Counted from the stretch's first letter, positions 37,962-49,538 are shown. The stretch: 64,000 bases of DNA from Candidatus Latescibacterota bacterium (GCA_965204375.1 OZ241986.1:2432001-2496000), one strand, 5' to 3'. Notes: a model not told the origin generated them from the letters alone. Made by a program: numbers and translations.

Positions 37962-39485
37962 TCACTCCGGCGGCCAAACCGTCTCTTTCGTATATGCCTC
38001 TTTCAAATCGCGCCAATACCGCCTGCCTTTGTGAACCAGATTTGTCGGCGCGAACCGCTTGTTCAAACCTCTCTCGTGACTCGACCGCCCCGTATCGGTT
38101 CGATATTGCAACGTGAACCGCATCAATTGTGCGAGCAAATCAAAACGCACATCTGCATATTCTGGATCGGCCCAAACATTCGCGATCTCACCCGGATCAT
38201 TGCGGTGATCGTACAACTCTCCCTCATCCACACTCTCGTAAAACACCAGCCGAAAATCGCGCGTGCGAATCGCCGACACCTTGCCACCGGGATTGCCCCA
38301 ATCCCACTCGCAAAACGCCGCGTCTTTGCCATCTGCTGTACCATTCACAACGGGAATCAAATCGCGCCCATCGCGCCCATCGGGAATGGGAATATCGCAA
38401 AGACGACACAGCGTGGGATACCAATCGACCGATTCCACAATCGCATCACACCTCGCGCCCGATGGACCACCCGGATAGCGCAAGGCAAAAGGAATGCGGT
38501 GAATCGAATCGTAAATCCCAAAATTCTTGTGAAACAACCCGTGATCACCCGCAAAATCCCCGTGATCCGCGCAATACAAAACAATCGTATTCTCCAACTC
38601 CCCCACCTCGTCCAGATAATCCAGCACCCGCCCAATCTCGGAATCAATCGCCGTAATCAGCGCGTAATAACTCGCCAAACAACGCTTCAAGCGATCGGGA
38701 TTGGGATCGGCCAGTGGATACCCGCCCCCATCGGCCAACCGCTCTTGCATAAACTCGGGCTTGCCGGCAAAGCGACGCTCAAAATAATCAATCGCACTAT
38801 CGGGCAACACCATCTCATCGGGATTGTACATATCAAAATGCTCTGCCGCAGGCGCGATCGGTGCATGGGGCCTTTGAAAACTCATGTGCAAAAAAAACGG
38901 CCGACCTTCATCTCGCTCCTTCAAAAACGCCAGCGACTCATTACCCGTATAATGCTCAATCGAATGCTGATAGGGCAGTTTGGCCGGCGCACTGCCATCC
39001 ATCGTATATTCCTGCCCGGGTCTGGCCGAGCCTTCTTCGTAAAAATCCGACAACCCCAGATCTTCCAAGTACTTAAAATAGTGCGTCTCGGTTGGATCCA
39101 AATGCGTCGCATCGCACAAATCCGTATATCGGATGCGCTCAAAACCATCTTCATCCCAACGCCGAACCATGTGCGCCTTGCCAATCACAGCCGTTTGATA
39201 CCCGTATCTCCGAAACTGACACGCCAGCGTATTGGGATTCGCCTCGGAAATCTCCGAATGATCATTGCCAAACATCCGATGCGTATGACAATACTGCCCG
39301 GTCATAAAACAGATCCGCGACGGCGAACAAATCGGATTATTGCAAAAAGCATGTGTAAACACCACCCCCTCATCCGCAATGCGATCCATATTCGGGGTTC
39401 TGACATTTGGATGCCCGGCAAATCCCGCACAATTGGCATTGTGCTGATCCGACATCAGCCACAACACATTGGGTCTTCGCGCCAT
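37962..39485 (-). CDS. Sulfatase-family hydrolase
   Basis: SDQH, CSPSR, GKAH, ADHGD; AGGAG RBS. Confidence 0.9.
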   Translation of the reverse strand: MARRPNVLWLMSDQHNANCAGFAGHPNVRTPNMDRIADEGVVFTHAFCNNPICSPSRICFMTGQYCHTHRMFGNDHSEISEANPNTLACQFRRYGYQTAVIGKAHMVRRWDEDGFERIRYTDLCDATHLDPTETHYFKYLEDLGLSDFYEEGSARPGQEYTMDGSAPAKLPYQHSIEHYTGNESLAFLKERDEGRPFFLHMSFQRPHAPIAPAAEHFDMYNPDEMVLPDSAIDYFERRFAGKPEFMQERLADGGGYPLADPNPDRLKRCLASYYALITAIDSEIGRVLDYLDEVGELENTIVLYCADHGDFAGDHGLFHKNFGIYDSIHRIPFALRYPGGPSGARCDAIVESVDWYPTLCRLCDIPIPDGRDGRDLIPVVNGTADGKDAAFCEWDWGNPGGKVSAIRTRDFRLVFYESVDEGELYDHRNDPGEIANVWADPEYADVRFDLLAQLMRFTLQYRTDTGRSSHERGLNKRFAPTNLVHKGRRYWRDLKEAYTKETVWPPE

Positions 39486-39581
39486 AAATTTCTCCTTTCT
39501 GTATGTGTTTGCAGACTATAAGACAAAGCATTAAATTAAGCAGGAATAATAAAAGGATTGCCAGGGCTATGACGTCCAGAT

Positions 39582-39672
39582 TATCCACCTGTGCCGCGTT
39601 CATCTGCGGATAGATTTGGGGGGCTGGGCGGCATCCTGTTCATCCTTTCATCCTGACAATTCTGATTCTGAC
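39582..39672. repeat. Intergenic interspersed-repeat remnants
   Basis: GCGTTCATCTGCGGATA (shared with 26811-26827), then catcctgttcatcctttcatcctg...ttctgattctgaca short tandem units. Confidence 0.5.
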
Positions 39673-39702
39673 AGTGGTTGCATTTTGCAGAGGAAAAACA
39701 CC

Positions 39703-41046
39703 ATGTTTTTTGACAACATCGCGCTCGGTGTACCCAAAATTTTGCTCCCAAACCCCGAAATCGGCTGTAGCAAATGGGCAGTCATAGCTTGTGACCAGTA
39801 TGTACACGACATATCGTATTGGGAAGAAGTCAAAAGCATTGTGGGAGACACGCCCTCAACCCTGGACCTCATCTATCCCGAAGTCTATCTCTACGACGAC
39901 GATCACGAAGAACGCATTGCCCGCGTACACAACAACATGAAACGCTTTGTCACCGATGGCATTTTCCGCGACGAAATCGAAGGCTTTTTGCTCGTCGATC
40001 GCATGCTGCCCTCGGGAAAATCGCGCAAAGGACTCGTCGTAACCCTCGACCTCGAGCATTACGACAGCCGCAGCCAGTCCAAAACCCTCATCCGCACAAC
40101 CGAGGGCACCTATCCCAAAAATCTCGAAGCGCGTTTTGAAGTTCGGGGCAACGCCTCCCTCGAATCGCCCCATATTTTAGTACTCATCGACGACCCCAAA
40201 AAAGAAATTATCGAACCTCTCTTTGAAGAAGGCCATCCCAACATCGTCGATTTCGAACTCATGATGAACGGAGGACACCTCAAATATCACTTAATCGAGA
40301 ATAAAAAAGACATTGCGCGCATTGCCCAAAAACTCGCCAAACGCATTGAACCCGATTACATCCAGCAAAAATACGGTGTCGAGAACGAAACCCTCCTCTA
40401 CGCGATGGGCGATGGCAACCACTCATTTGCCGCCGCGCAAAAAGCCTGGAAAAAAATTAAATCAACACGCAACAACAGGTCAGCACGACATCCAGCCAGA
40501 CATGCCATGGTCGAATTGATCAATCTTCATGACGACGCGATAGATATAGAACCAATTCACAGACTGATCACCCGCGTTGATCCAAAGACCACATGCAACA
40601 CCCTCGTCGCGCTGCTCAATGCATCGGGCGCCCGGGCGCGTCTGGAAAAAGTCCCATCGCCCGACGCGCAACAACAGCGCACCACAGCCCTATCATCTGC
40701 ATCCACTCATTGCCTCCCCTATCGCGCTGCAGGAGACCTGGGCATACTCGTAATTGAAAAGCCATATCAAAGAACCATACCCGAAACAATGGAAGCCGCG
40801 CTCGACCTGTTCACGCGGGAAAACACCGAAGCCGAAGTCGGATTCATCCACGGCGAAGACGTAATCGACGACCTGAGCAACAAACCCGACGCGCTCGGCT
40901 TTTACATGCCACCCATTTCAAAAGACAGCGTATTCGAATCCATTGTTCGCCACGGCGCCTATCCCCGAAAATCCATATCCATTGGACACGCCGACGAAAA
41001 GCGTTACTATATGGAATGCCGAAGCCTTGTCCCTGTCAAACGATAA
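39703..41046 (+). CDS. DUF1015 family protein
   Basis: KWAVIACDQY, IRTTEGT, ASLESPH, YAMGDGNHS.A.A, PRKS.S.G...EKRYY.E. Confidence 0.85.
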   Translation: MFFDNIALGVPKILLPNPEIGCSKWAVIACDQYVHDISYWEEVKSIVGDTPSTLDLIYPEVYLYDDDHEERIARVHNNMKRFVTDGIFRDEIEGFLLVDRMLPSGKSRKGLVVTLDLEHYDSRSQSKTLIRTTEGTYPKNLEARFEVRGNASLESPHILVLIDDPKKEIIEPLFEEGHPNIVDFELMMNGGHLKYHLIENKKDIARIAQKLAKRIEPDYIQQKYGVENETLLYAMGDGNHSFAAAQKAWKKIKSTRNNRSARHPARHAMVELINLHDDAIDIEPIHRLITRVDPKTTCNTLVALLNASGARARLEKVPSPDAQQQRTTALSSASTHCLPYRAAGDLGILVIEKPYQRTIPETMEAALDLFTRENTEAEVGFIHGEDVIDDLSNKPDALGFYMPPISKDSVFESIVRHGAYPRKSISIGHADEKRYYMECRSLVPVKR

Positions 41047-41086
41047 TATATGATGATTTCAATTGCAATTCAGATGTAGGAGATAT

Positions 41087-42328
41087 ATGACTGAGATATA
41101 CGACATGATCATTGTTGGTGCGGGACCGGCAGGCGCGACAGCGGCGTTATATGCCCATCGCGCGGGACTCAATGTCTGTCTGGTGGATAAGGCGCGATTT
41201 CCGCGGGATAAAATCTGTGGCGATGCGCTATCGGGCAAAGTCGTATCGATTTTGCACGAACTCGATTTGTTCGACAAGGTCGCGCGATTGCCTGGCGCGA
41301 CCATTCGAGAAGTCGTATTTGGTAGCCCGAATCACGTGGATGCACGCGTGGATCTGCGACGGTATGATCATCAGGATCAGGCCACGGGCAAAATACTGCC
41401 GATGGAAGGATTTGTGATCCGGCGCGAGATACTGGATAATTTTCTCTTCCAAGAAGCGAAAAAAGTTGCGAACACCTGTTATGAGGGATTTGCCGTTAAA
41501 GACCTGATACGAGAAAACGAGCAAATTGTGGGTGTGCGCGGCGTGGTGGATGGCCGAGAACGCGAAATACATGGTCGCACCGTGCTCGGCTGCGATGGTT
41601 TTAATTCAATGGTCGCGCGCAAAGCGGGATTATACGCCCATGAATCCGTGCATTGGGTGGTGGCAATTCGCTGCTATTACGAAAATGTGGCGGAATTGGG
41701 CAATCAAATCGAGTTGCATTTTGTAGATGAAGTCTTGCCGGGTTATTTCTGGATTTTCCCATTGGAAAATGGGACGGCAAATGTGGGCATTGGCATGCGT
41801 CACGATGTGTTGAAGAAGCGAAGGGTGGATTTGAAAGTAGCACTAAGCGAAGTAATCAACCGCTCGCCTTATGCCCACCGATTCAAAAATGCGCGTCCAA
41901 CAGAAGACCCGGTGGGATGGAATCTCCCAGTGGGAAGCACCCGCCGAAAAAGCTATGGGAATGGCGTATTGCTATTGGGCGATGCCGCGGGATTGATCGA
42001 CCCCTTTACGGGCGAGGGAATTGGCAATGCGTTGTATTCCGCGCGTTTTGCTGTGGAGGCCGTGCAGGAAGCCCTTGCGGCAGACAATTATTCAGCGGCT
42101 TTTTTGAAGCGCTACGAAGACCGATTATGGGATGCAATAGGCGATGAATTGGCGACAAGTACGCGAATGCAAAAATTGGGACAATGGCGTCCTCTCCTCA
42201 ATTTTACCATTCACAAAGCCGCACACAACGACAAAGTCCGGGATCTAATCTGCGGCATGATGGCCAATGCCGTCCCCAAAAAGCAACTCACCAATCCCCT
42301 GTTTTATTTGAAGCTATTGTTTAGTTGA
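41087..42328 (+). CDS. Geranylgeranyl reductase family FAD oxidoreductase
   Basis: VGAGPAG, FPRDKICGD, GYFWIFP, GDAAGLIDPFTGEGI. Confidence 0.88.
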   Translation: MTEIYDMIIVGAGPAGATAALYAHRAGLNVCLVDKARFPRDKICGDALSGKVVSILHELDLFDKVARLPGATIREVVFGSPNHVDARVDLRRYDHQDQATGKILPMEGFVIRREILDNFLFQEAKKVANTCYEGFAVKDLIRENEQIVGVRGVVDGREREIHGRTVLGCDGFNSMVARKAGLYAHESVHWVVAIRCYYENVAELGNQIELHFVDEVLPGYFWIFPLENGTANVGIGMRHDVLKKRRVDLKVALSEVINRSPYAHRFKNARPTEDPVGWNLPVGSTRRKSYGNGVLLLGDAAGLIDPFTGEGIGNALYSARFAVEAVQEALAADNYSAAFLKRYEDRLWDAIGDELATSTRMQKLGQWRPLLNFTIHKAAHNDKVRDLICGMMANAVPKKQLTNPLFYLKLLFS

Positions 42329-42338
42329 ACAAGCTGAC

Positions 42339-43844
42339 CTAACCAAACGCCTTTTGCAAATACGCCAGATCGAGTTCGGGATAAACCGGGAATCGCGCGA
42401 GAAGATTGGCGATCCTCTGTTGGGCGTCTTCGAGTACACCGTCCTGGACTCTGTATTGGACCTTGCTAAACTGGCCCGCACTTCTGCCCTTCGTGAACTT
42501 CAATGGCCGTGCCTGGGTGAGTACATTGCCCATGACTGCGCCGATCTCCTGCATCTCTTCTGACCCCATACCAAGCGTCGTAAGCGCCGGTGTCCCCACC
42601 CTGAGACCACTGGTGTACCAGGGACCATTGGGATCAAAGGGAATGGTATTTCTATTCAGCGTAATACCGGCGTCGCGGAGCAGAGTCTCGGCCTGGCGCC
42701 CCGTAAGATTAAAGGGGGTAACGTCGATTCGAAGTAGGTGATTGTCAGTACCCCCTGTGAGAACTGTAAGCCCCGCATCTATACACGCCTGTGCGAGCAC
42801 CTGAGCATTATCGACAATACTGGCGGCATAAGCACGAAACTCGGGCGTACTCGCTTCCTGAAACGCGACAGCTTTGGCCGCCATCACATGAGGCAGTGGA
42901 CCGCCGAGCACCATTGGGCAGCCCTTATCGACCTGTTCGGCAAAATCTTCCGTACACAAAACCATACCCCCTCTGGGACCGCGCAGGGTTTTGTGTGTGG
43001 TTGTCGAAACGACATGGGCATGGGCAACCGGATCAAAATCACCCGCAAAAACTTTACCGGCCACCAACCCGGAAAAATGCGCCATATCCACCATAAAAAC
43101 AGCCCCCACTTCATCGGCGATTTCCCGGAAAATGCGGAAATTAATTTTGCGCGGATATGCACTATAACCCGCTAAAAGAATCAAAGGTTTGACGGTTTTG
43201 GCCTGGTCGCGGATTTCATCGTAGTCGATCAGGCCAGATTCTTTATTTACGGAGTACTCATGCGCCTCAAACATACGCCCGGACACATTGATGCGATAGC
43301 CGTGCGTGAGATGCCCCCCGGATGAGAGATCCAGTCCCAGAAGCTTTTGATTGCCCAATTGTTTGCGAAGCGCGTCCCATGCTTCAGCCGAGAGATCAAA
43401 TGGCGATTTTTTCCCCATTTTTTCGAGTGCAACATCTTGAACGCGCCCCGAAAGAATCGCCCAAAAAGCGACCATATTGGCATCTGCACCCGAATGGGGT
43501 TGCACATAAGCGTGATCCGCGCCAAAGAGATCGCACGCCAGTTTTGCAGCCTGGCTTTCAATCGCATCTACGTTGTCACAACCGGCGTAAAAGCGGTGAT
43601 CGGGAATCCCCTCGGCGTATTTGTCAGTAAGCAAATTGCCCATAGCCAGTTGCGTGGGCAAAGAACAATAATTCTCGCTCGCAATCATCTTGAGATTCGC
43701 ACGCTGGTCGGCCAACTCGCCCACAATATTTTTTGCCACATCGGGCGATACGGAAGCGACCTGTTCCAGCGCGGCCAAATAGGCGATAAACCCGGGATTT
43801 GGAGTGGGATTTTGAGACAAATAGTTGGCAAGAGGGCTGGACAT
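42339..43844 (-). CDS. glyA: Serine hydroxymethyltransferase
   Basis: [41 protein letters not shown]. Confidence 0.97.
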   Translation of the reverse strand: MSSPLANYLSQNPTPNPGFIAYLAALEQVASVSPDVAKNIVGELADQRANLKMIASENYCSLPTQLAMGNLLTDKYAEGIPDHRFYAGCDNVDAIESQAAKLACDLFGADHAYVQPHSGADANMVAFWAILSGRVQDVALEKMGKKSPFDLSAEAWDALRKQLGNQKLLGLDLSSGGHLTHGYRINVSGRMFEAHEYSVNKESGLIDYDEIRDQAKTVKPLILLAGYSAYPRKINFRIFREIADEVGAVFMVDMAHFSGLVAGKVFAGDFDPVAHAHVVSTTTHKTLRGPRGGMVLCTEDFAEQVDKGCPMVLGGPLPHVMAAKAVAFQEASTPEFRAYAASIVDNAQVLAQACIDAGLTVLTGGTDNHLLRIDVTPFNLTGRQAETLLRDAGITLNRNTIPFDPNGPWYTSGLRVGTPALTTLGMGSEEMQEIGAVMGNVLTQARPLKFTKGRSAGQFSKVQYRVQDGVLEDAQQRIANLLARFPVYPELDLAYLQKAFG

Positions 43845-43906
43845 GGATATTCTCCTCGTTTTTTGCCCGATACAAAAATAGCCCGGGCTGTGTGTGGATT
43901 TTCATA

Positions 43907-43988
43907 AGCCCAGGCGATCGGCTATCGGATGAAGAGCACTGCGCTTCCCCGTGGTCGATTCCACATTCATTCGCCAGTCACGCAGATC
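43907..43988 (-). ncRNA. ZMP/ZTP (pfl) riboswitch
   Basis: Minus strand GCGTGACTGGCGAA..GTGG..ACCACGGGGAAGCGC ... GCCGATCGCCTGGGC, directly upstream of glyA. Confidence 0.9.
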
Positions 43989-44036
43989 CTTGTCGATAAT
44001 GAATATACAGAATTGCAGACCAAAGTCAACGGTTTG

Positions 44037-45464
44037 TTAGGGCGTAAAAAAACGCCATCCCCACAAAATGAGGGGATAGCCCGCAACAAAAATGACACGC
44101 GCAATAACACCCTCTATTGACGTATCGTGGAGATGAGGGGATAAAACGACAAAAACAACCGCCCCCGCAACACATATTTTCCCCAAACGTCCGTACTCGT
44201 AGGGAACCGGATAAAACCGGCGCACGATGAGATAGAGCAAAACCGTCATCGTGACATGCGCGATAAGCGTACTATAAGCAGCGGCAATAAATCCAATTTT
44301 GGGCAAAAGAAAAATATTGATAGCGATATTCACACACGCACCCGTCCCCACAATAAACGGCAGAGACCCCGCGCGCCCTTCGGCATATACACCCGCGGTG
44401 AGAATGATATAAAGACCGTGAAAGAAAAATGCCAGTCCCACCAGGGGCACAACCCGTATGCCTTCGAGATAAGTCTCTGCATTGTCACCGGCAATCAGAA
44501 CGATAATTTCGCGTGCAAAAGTGGCTAAAATCAGACAGCCCAAAATGCCGAACAGCGTGAAATACGTAGTGACACGCGCACACATCTGCCGCGTATCTTC
44601 CTCTGTATTTTCATCTTCGGTTTCGTCGAGCACGGCAGGTGCCCAGGCCGAGCGAAACGCTTTAACCACAAAAAAAATGGGCAGACCGAGTTTATAGGTA
44701 ATACCGTAAATACCCAGATCGTCGAGATCCAAAAAAAATCGGATCAGAAAGCGGTCAGATAGGCTAATGATAAGAAAGGAAAAAGCTGAGGGTACAAAGG
44801 GCAGGCCAAAACGCAGAAGTTCGCGCAACGCGCGCATATCAAAAGCTGGACGAATTAACCGCAGACCAACGGGAAACATGACAATAAGTGCAAAGAGAGA
44901 ACTGATGAGATTGGCTTCAAAAACCGCGATTGGCCCCTGTCCGAGAATTGCGATAAAATAAGCGGTAAGACCGAGTTGTAGCGTGTGTTGAATCACCCGC
45001 ACAATCGCATAGTGAAAGGATCTCTGACGAGCGCGACAAAGTGTGAAAAGGGGTTCTGACAGCGCGTCCAAAAGGACAACGGCGGCAATAAGTTCGAAGA
45101 TCGCACTGTAATCCGAACTGCCCAAAAGATGATGCGCGAGACTCCCGGCATTAGTCCAGACCAGACTCGACAGAATAACACCTGTAGCGAACAGTGCCCA
45201 AAATGCGGCGCTAAACGCGGCGCGGTGTTTGTCGAGATCGGTCTTGCCAGATAAGAGGCGAATTAGCGCGGGATTGAGACCGAGAGAATAAAAAACCGCG
45301 CTAAATCCGATAAATGCAAATGCCAGAGACAAAATGCCATTGTCCGCAGGAGTGAGATGCCTGGCATAGATGGGCACGAGCAAAATGGACACTGCGCGAC
45401 CGATCAGATCGCCCATGCCATAGACCGCCGTGTGTTGCGCGAGAGATTTGATTCGAGAGAACAT
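44037..45464 (-). CDS. Wzx-like oligosaccharide flippase (MOP family)
   Basis: Starts MFSRIKSLAQHTAVYG; multiple TM helices; SDRFLI...LGIY. Confidence 0.85.
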   Translation of the reverse strand: MFSRIKSLAQHTAVYGMGDLIGRAVSILLVPIYARHLTPADNGILSLAFAFIGFSAVFYSLGLNPALIRLLSGKTDLDKHRAAFSAAFWALFATGVILSSLVWTNAGSLAHHLLGSSDYSAIFELIAAVVLLDALSEPLFTLCRARQRSFHYAIVRVIQHTLQLGLTAYFIAILGQGPIAVFEANLISSLFALIVMFPVGLRLIRPAFDMRALRELLRFGLPFVPSAFSFLIISLSDRFLIRFFLDLDDLGIYGITYKLGLPIFFVVKAFRSAWAPAVLDETEDENTEEDTRQMCARVTTYFTLFGILGCLILATFAREIIVLIAGDNAETYLEGIRVVPLVGLAFFFHGLYIILTAGVYAEGRAGSLPFIVGTGACVNIAINIFLLPKIGFIAAAYSTLIAHVTMTVLLYLIVRRFYPVPYEYGRLGKICVAGAVVFVVLSPHLHDTSIEGVIARVIFVAGYPLILWGWRFFTP

Positions 45465-45474
45465 AGTTAATCGC

Positions 45475-47919
45475 TCAAAGCATCGACATCGGATCGACAT
45501 TGATCGCCAGGGTGACACCACGAGATCGGCGTTTATTGGGAGCAAATTGCGTGGCGGCATTTCGGGCGGCGGCATTGAGATGGCTGTGCGAATCAGACTT
45601 GAGCAAAACTTGCCAGCGATAGGTGCCCTGGATACGTGCGAGAGGGGCCTGTACGGGACCCAGAATTTCGACATCGGGAGGTGTTTGTTCGCGCAAAGCC
45701 TGCGCGATTATGCCAGCCGCGCGTGCAACTTCGTGTTCATCTTTGCCCTTAAAAAGCAAAAGCACCACGCGCCCAAAGGGCGGATAACCGAGACTCTGAC
45801 GCGCACTGAGTTCTCGCTGTGCAAAAGTTTCAAAATCGTGGCCCTGCGCGCATTGCACGGCCTCGCCATCGGGCATATAAGTCTGAATAACGACTTCCCC
45901 TGGAATCTCGCCTCGTCCGGCGCGTCCACTGACCTGAGTGAGCAATTGAAATGTGCGTTCGCTGGCGCGAAAATCCGGCAGATGGATACTCGTATCCGCA
46001 GAAATAACGCCGACGAGTGTCACGCCGGGAAAATCGAGACCCTTGGCGATCATCTGCGTACCGAGTAAAATATCGGCCTCGCCTCGGGAAAATCGATCGA
46101 GTATGCGATCATGCGCGCCCTTGCGGCTCGTGGTATCCACATCCATTCGCAAAACGCGCACACCGGGAAACTGTGCTTCGAGGGTCTCTTCAACGCGCTG
46201 CGTCCCCACGCCCAGCAAATGAAAATTACTGCTATTACACGACGGACACGCCGAGGGTGATGGCTCAATATAACCGCAATAATGGCACAGCATCAGGCGT
46301 CGGGTCGCGTGATACGTCAGGGTCACCTGGCAGTGGTCGCACTGGATGCTTTGCCCGCAGTCGGCGCATTGAACCGCAGGCGCGTACCCGCGCCGGTTTT
46401 GAAGCAAGATGGTGCGTTGACCCTTTTCAATGCGTTCGCGCATCTTCTCTCGCAGCGGACGTGAAAACAAACTGCCACCTTCGCGTCGCATATCCACGAG
46501 TGTGACAGTGGGCAGTGAGCGATTGTCGACGCGCTCTGGCAATATGAGAGCGTTGAATTTTTGAGTCTGTGCATTGTGATGCGACTCGAGAGAAGGGGTT
46601 GCCGATCCCAGAACAATGGGCAGATTTTGCAGATGAGCGCGCATCACAGCGACATCCCGCGCATTGTAACGAGGTGCGGGATCGTCTTGTTTGTAAGAAC
46701 CATCGTGTTCTTCGTCGATGATGATAAGGCCCAGATTTTCGACAGGTGCAAAAATAGCTGAGCGCGCACCAATAACAACGGCGCGTTTTCCCCTGCGAAC
46801 CTCGCGCCAAGCATCGTAGCGTTCACCAGGGGACAATGCACTGTGCAAAACCGCGACGCGATCGCCAAAATGGGCGCGAAAGCGGCGGACGGTCTGCGGC
46901 GTCAGAGTGATTTCCGGAACCAGAACAATCGCGCCTTTTCCCAAAGCGAGCGCGTGTGCAACCGCCCGAATATAGACCAGTGTTTTGCCGCTACCCGTCA
47001 CCCCGCGCAAAAGGTGAACCCGAAAGGCGTTTTCATCAATGCTTTGTCCAATCGTCTGGATAGCCCGCGCTTGATGGGGCGTAAGCGTTACATCCTCAGG
47101 CGGGGGAAGATCGACATCGGCATAAGGGTCGCGCACCACTTCGCGGTCAATAAAACATATCAAATTGCGCTTGACCATTTCTCTCAGTACGCCCGATGAA
47201 ATCCCTTCTGCGGATAGTCGTGCGGTCAACAGAGGGCGATTTGCCGAACGCAGAAGGCGAATACACTGCGCCTGGCGGGGTGCGCGTTTTTCCAGTGTGG
47301 GCAATTCCAGGTCAAACCAGCGCGGATCATCGGGCACAAGTGCCACTGCACGCTGGGTCTTGGTTTTTACTGTTGGTGCTGACATCTTTTGAAACGCGAC
47401 CAGAACACCTCGCCTCAAAAGGCCGTATATCGCGGGCTGTACGCCCTGTTTTCCAAGTCGTTTTTGAAGTTGTCGCATCGATGCCGAACCGAGTTCGCCC
47501 AATACAGTGACGACCTCGCGCTGACGCGGCGAAAGCAGGCGACTGATCGCGTCGTCAAAGTTTTTTTCAAGGGCAAAATGCTGCCCACTATCCAGATGAA
47601 TACCCGATGGAAGAGCCGCAGAGAGGACCTCCGAGAGACTGCACAGATAATACCAGGCCATCCACCTGCACAATTCGAGCATCGGTGGTGTCACAAGAGG
47701 ATAAGAATCCAGGATTTGGGCAATGGTCTTGACGCGATTGGAGGGCAGATCGCACGTTTCGCAAAAGCCGACGACAATACCCGTAACCCAGCGTTCTCCA
47801 AAAGGAACGAGAACGCGGTAGCCCGTTTGCAAATCGTCCTGTAGATCGTCGGGAATGCGGTAGGTAAATGTATCGAGGGATGTACCCAGGGGAACGATTT
47901 GTGCGAAAGGATGCGCCAT
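45475..47919 (-). CDS. priA: Primosomal protein N'
   Basis: GVTGSGKT, LVPEI.LTPQ, DEEH, Cys-rich CxxC motifs, GTQMIAKGLDFP, QVSGRAGR. Confidence 0.97.
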   Translation of the reverse strand: MAHPFAQIVPLGTSLDTFTYRIPDDLQDDLQTGYRVLVPFGERWVTGIVVGFCETCDLPSNRVKTIAQILDSYPLVTPPMLELCRWMAWYYLCSLSEVLSAALPSGIHLDSGQHFALEKNFDDAISRLLSPRQREVVTVLGELGSASMRQLQKRLGKQGVQPAIYGLLRRGVLVAFQKMSAPTVKTKTQRAVALVPDDPRWFDLELPTLEKRAPRQAQCIRLLRSANRPLLTARLSAEGISSGVLREMVKRNLICFIDREVVRDPYADVDLPPPEDVTLTPHQARAIQTIGQSIDENAFRVHLLRGVTGSGKTLVYIRAVAHALALGKGAIVLVPEITLTPQTVRRFRAHFGDRVAVLHSALSPGERYDAWREVRRGKRAVVIGARSAIFAPVENLGLIIIDEEHDGSYKQDDPAPRYNARDVAVMRAHLQNLPIVLGSATPSLESHHNAQTQKFNALILPERVDNRSLPTVTLVDMRREGGSLFSRPLREKMRERIEKGQRTILLQNRRGYAPAVQCADCGQSIQCDHCQVTLTYHATRRLMLCHYCGYIEPSPSACPSCNSSNFHLLGVGTQRVEETLEAQFPGVRVLRMDVDTTSRKGAHDRILDRFSRGEADILLGTQMIAKGLDFPGVTLVGVISADTSIHLPDFRASERTFQLLTQVSGRAGRGEIPGEVVIQTYMPDGEAVQCAQGHDFETFAQRELSARQSLGYPPFGRVVLLLFKGKDEHEVARAAGIIAQALREQTPPDVEILGPVQAPLARIQGTYRWQVLLKSDSHSHLNAAARNAATQFAPNKRRSRGVTLAINVDPMSML

Positions 47920-47924
47920 AAAAA

Positions 47925-48896
47925 CTATCGGCCTATCTGTGGGCCAGAAGGCGTGTCGCCGAGTTCTTCGACTTTGATGAGGGTGCGAAAAATAGTCAGG
48001 CGAAGACCGCGATCGGGTGGGCTGGCAACTTCGAGAGACTGGTCCTGCAGTGAAAGCGAAATCGAGCTGGCACGCTGTATCTCCACTTGAAAGCGGTCAT
48101 GTGCCAGCCAGCGTTGCTGCCGCCCTACAGGAAGCACACCTGCAAAAACCCCGCGGTCATCGGCAGTAATGGATAGATGCGCGTTTTCTCTTGCAACGCC
48201 GGAAAGAATCATGATTTCTCCTTCGGCTATGCTGACGGGAATGGGCAAATTATATGTGCTGAGCACAACGGGTGCTGGTTGGAAAGCTGGCGTCTCCTCC
48301 ACAATATCCGATGGCATCATCTGGTTTTCCGATAGGGGTTGCGATGACATAACGGACTCTGTGCTGTCTCGCTGTTGCATCTCTTGTGCGGATTTCGCGC
48401 TATCCTGCATTCCCAGCGGCATCTCCTCTTCGTAAATGCTCAATTGTTCGGGAGGGATCACCGATTCCGTGCTATCTGGTATTGGGAGAGGTGATGTAGT
48501 AGTATCGAGGGGGGCTGTGAGCGGTGTTTCCTCACGCGAGTTGAGAATGATGATCACCACTGCAATCACCGCGAATGCGAGCAATGAGATAAATATTTTG
48601 CTGCGATCTATCCCGCGTTTTGGAGGGGACTGTACTGTGGCCCGCTCACGCGACAGTGAAACGCTTCTTTCAAAGAGAATAAAGATGTCCCGAACATTGA
48701 GGTTGAGTGCTTGTGCATAAGTTTTGAGAAACAAACGCGCGTAGGCTACGGGCAAAAAATCGAATTGACCCGATTCAAGCACCTTGATAAACTCGGGATT
48801 GATCCGCGTGTGTTCATAAATATCACCGATACTCAAACCCAAATTTTCGCGCTGCGTTTTGAGTAATTCACCAATGTCTTGTTTTTTATCTGTCAT
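47925..48896 (-). CDS. rodZ: RodZ-like HTH membrane protein
   Basis: N-terminal HTH (IGELLK..RE..GLS...YA..L.L), single TM helix, periplasmic C-domain. Confidence 0.75.
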   Translation of the reverse strand: MTDKKQDIGELLKTQRENLGLSIGDIYEHTRINPEFIKVLESGQFDFLPVAYARLFLKTYAQALNLNVRDIFILFERSVSLSRERATVQSPPKRGIDRSKIFISLLAFAVIAVVIIILNSREETPLTAPLDTTTSPLPIPDSTESVIPPEQLSIYEEEMPLGMQDSAKSAQEMQQRDSTESVMSSQPLSENQMMPSDIVEETPAFQPAPVVLSTYNLPIPVSIAEGEIMILSGVARENAHLSITADDRGVFAGVLPVGRQQRWLAHDRFQVEIQRASSISLSLQDQSLEVASPPDRGLRLTIFRTLIKVEELGDTPSGPQIGR

Positions 48897-48923
48897 AGGA
48901 TGGTTGTATTTCCCGTTGTATTT

Positions 48924-49538
48924 TTAAATGTCTATCGCATCACTATTTTCGGGTATAATCGCCCAGAGCGATTGCCCGACCAGACGGTGATACAGGCTCC
49001 AAAAGCACGCAAGCGGCAAGCCCACCACATTGTAGAAGCAACCAGATATAGATTGAATAAATGCAGATGCACGCCCCTGCGCGCCATAAGCGCCAGCTTT
49101 GTCCATAGAATCCCCAGTGGCGACATAGCGTGCAATATCCTCCGATGAGAGCACGCGCATGGTGACGTGAGTAGTAGCAACCTCTGTAAGGGTCTGTCCG
49201 GTTTCCGTATCTGTAAGGGCCAGTCCGGTATAGACCTGATGGGTTTTTCCCGAAAGTTGCGCCAGCATGTCTTCGGCGTGTTTGGCATCATTCGGTTTCT
49301 CGAAAATCGCATTTTCCAATACCACAACTGTATCGGCTCCCAAAACGAGCGCGTGGTCAAAACGATGGACAACCGCCTTTGTTTTTCGCTGTGCGATTTC
49401 CCGCACATGTTCGGCAGGTGGCAAGATGGTATCCAGCGCCTCATTGGCATTGCTCGGCGCGATTTCAAACGGAATATCCAACAAGCGCAATAAACTCGCA
49501 CGCCTGGGTGAGGCAGAAGCGAGAATCAGTTTCTTCAT
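48924..49538 (-). CDS. maf: Maf-family nucleotide pyrophosphatase
   Basis: [32 protein letters not shown]. Confidence 0.95.
   Translation of the reverse strand: MKKLILASASPRRASLLRLLDIPFEIAPSNANEALDTILPPAEHVREIAQRKTKAVVHRFDHALVLGADTVVVLENAIFEKPNDAKHAEDMLAQLSGKTHQVYTGLALTDTETGQTLTEVATTHVTMRVLSSEDIARYVATGDSMDKAGAYGAQGRASAFIQSISGCFYNVVGLPLACFWSLYHRLVGQSLWAIIPENSDAIDI

Noticed and set aside
38031-39521. 496-aa plus-strand ORF
   Set aside because: Antisense shadow of a clear sulfatase gene.
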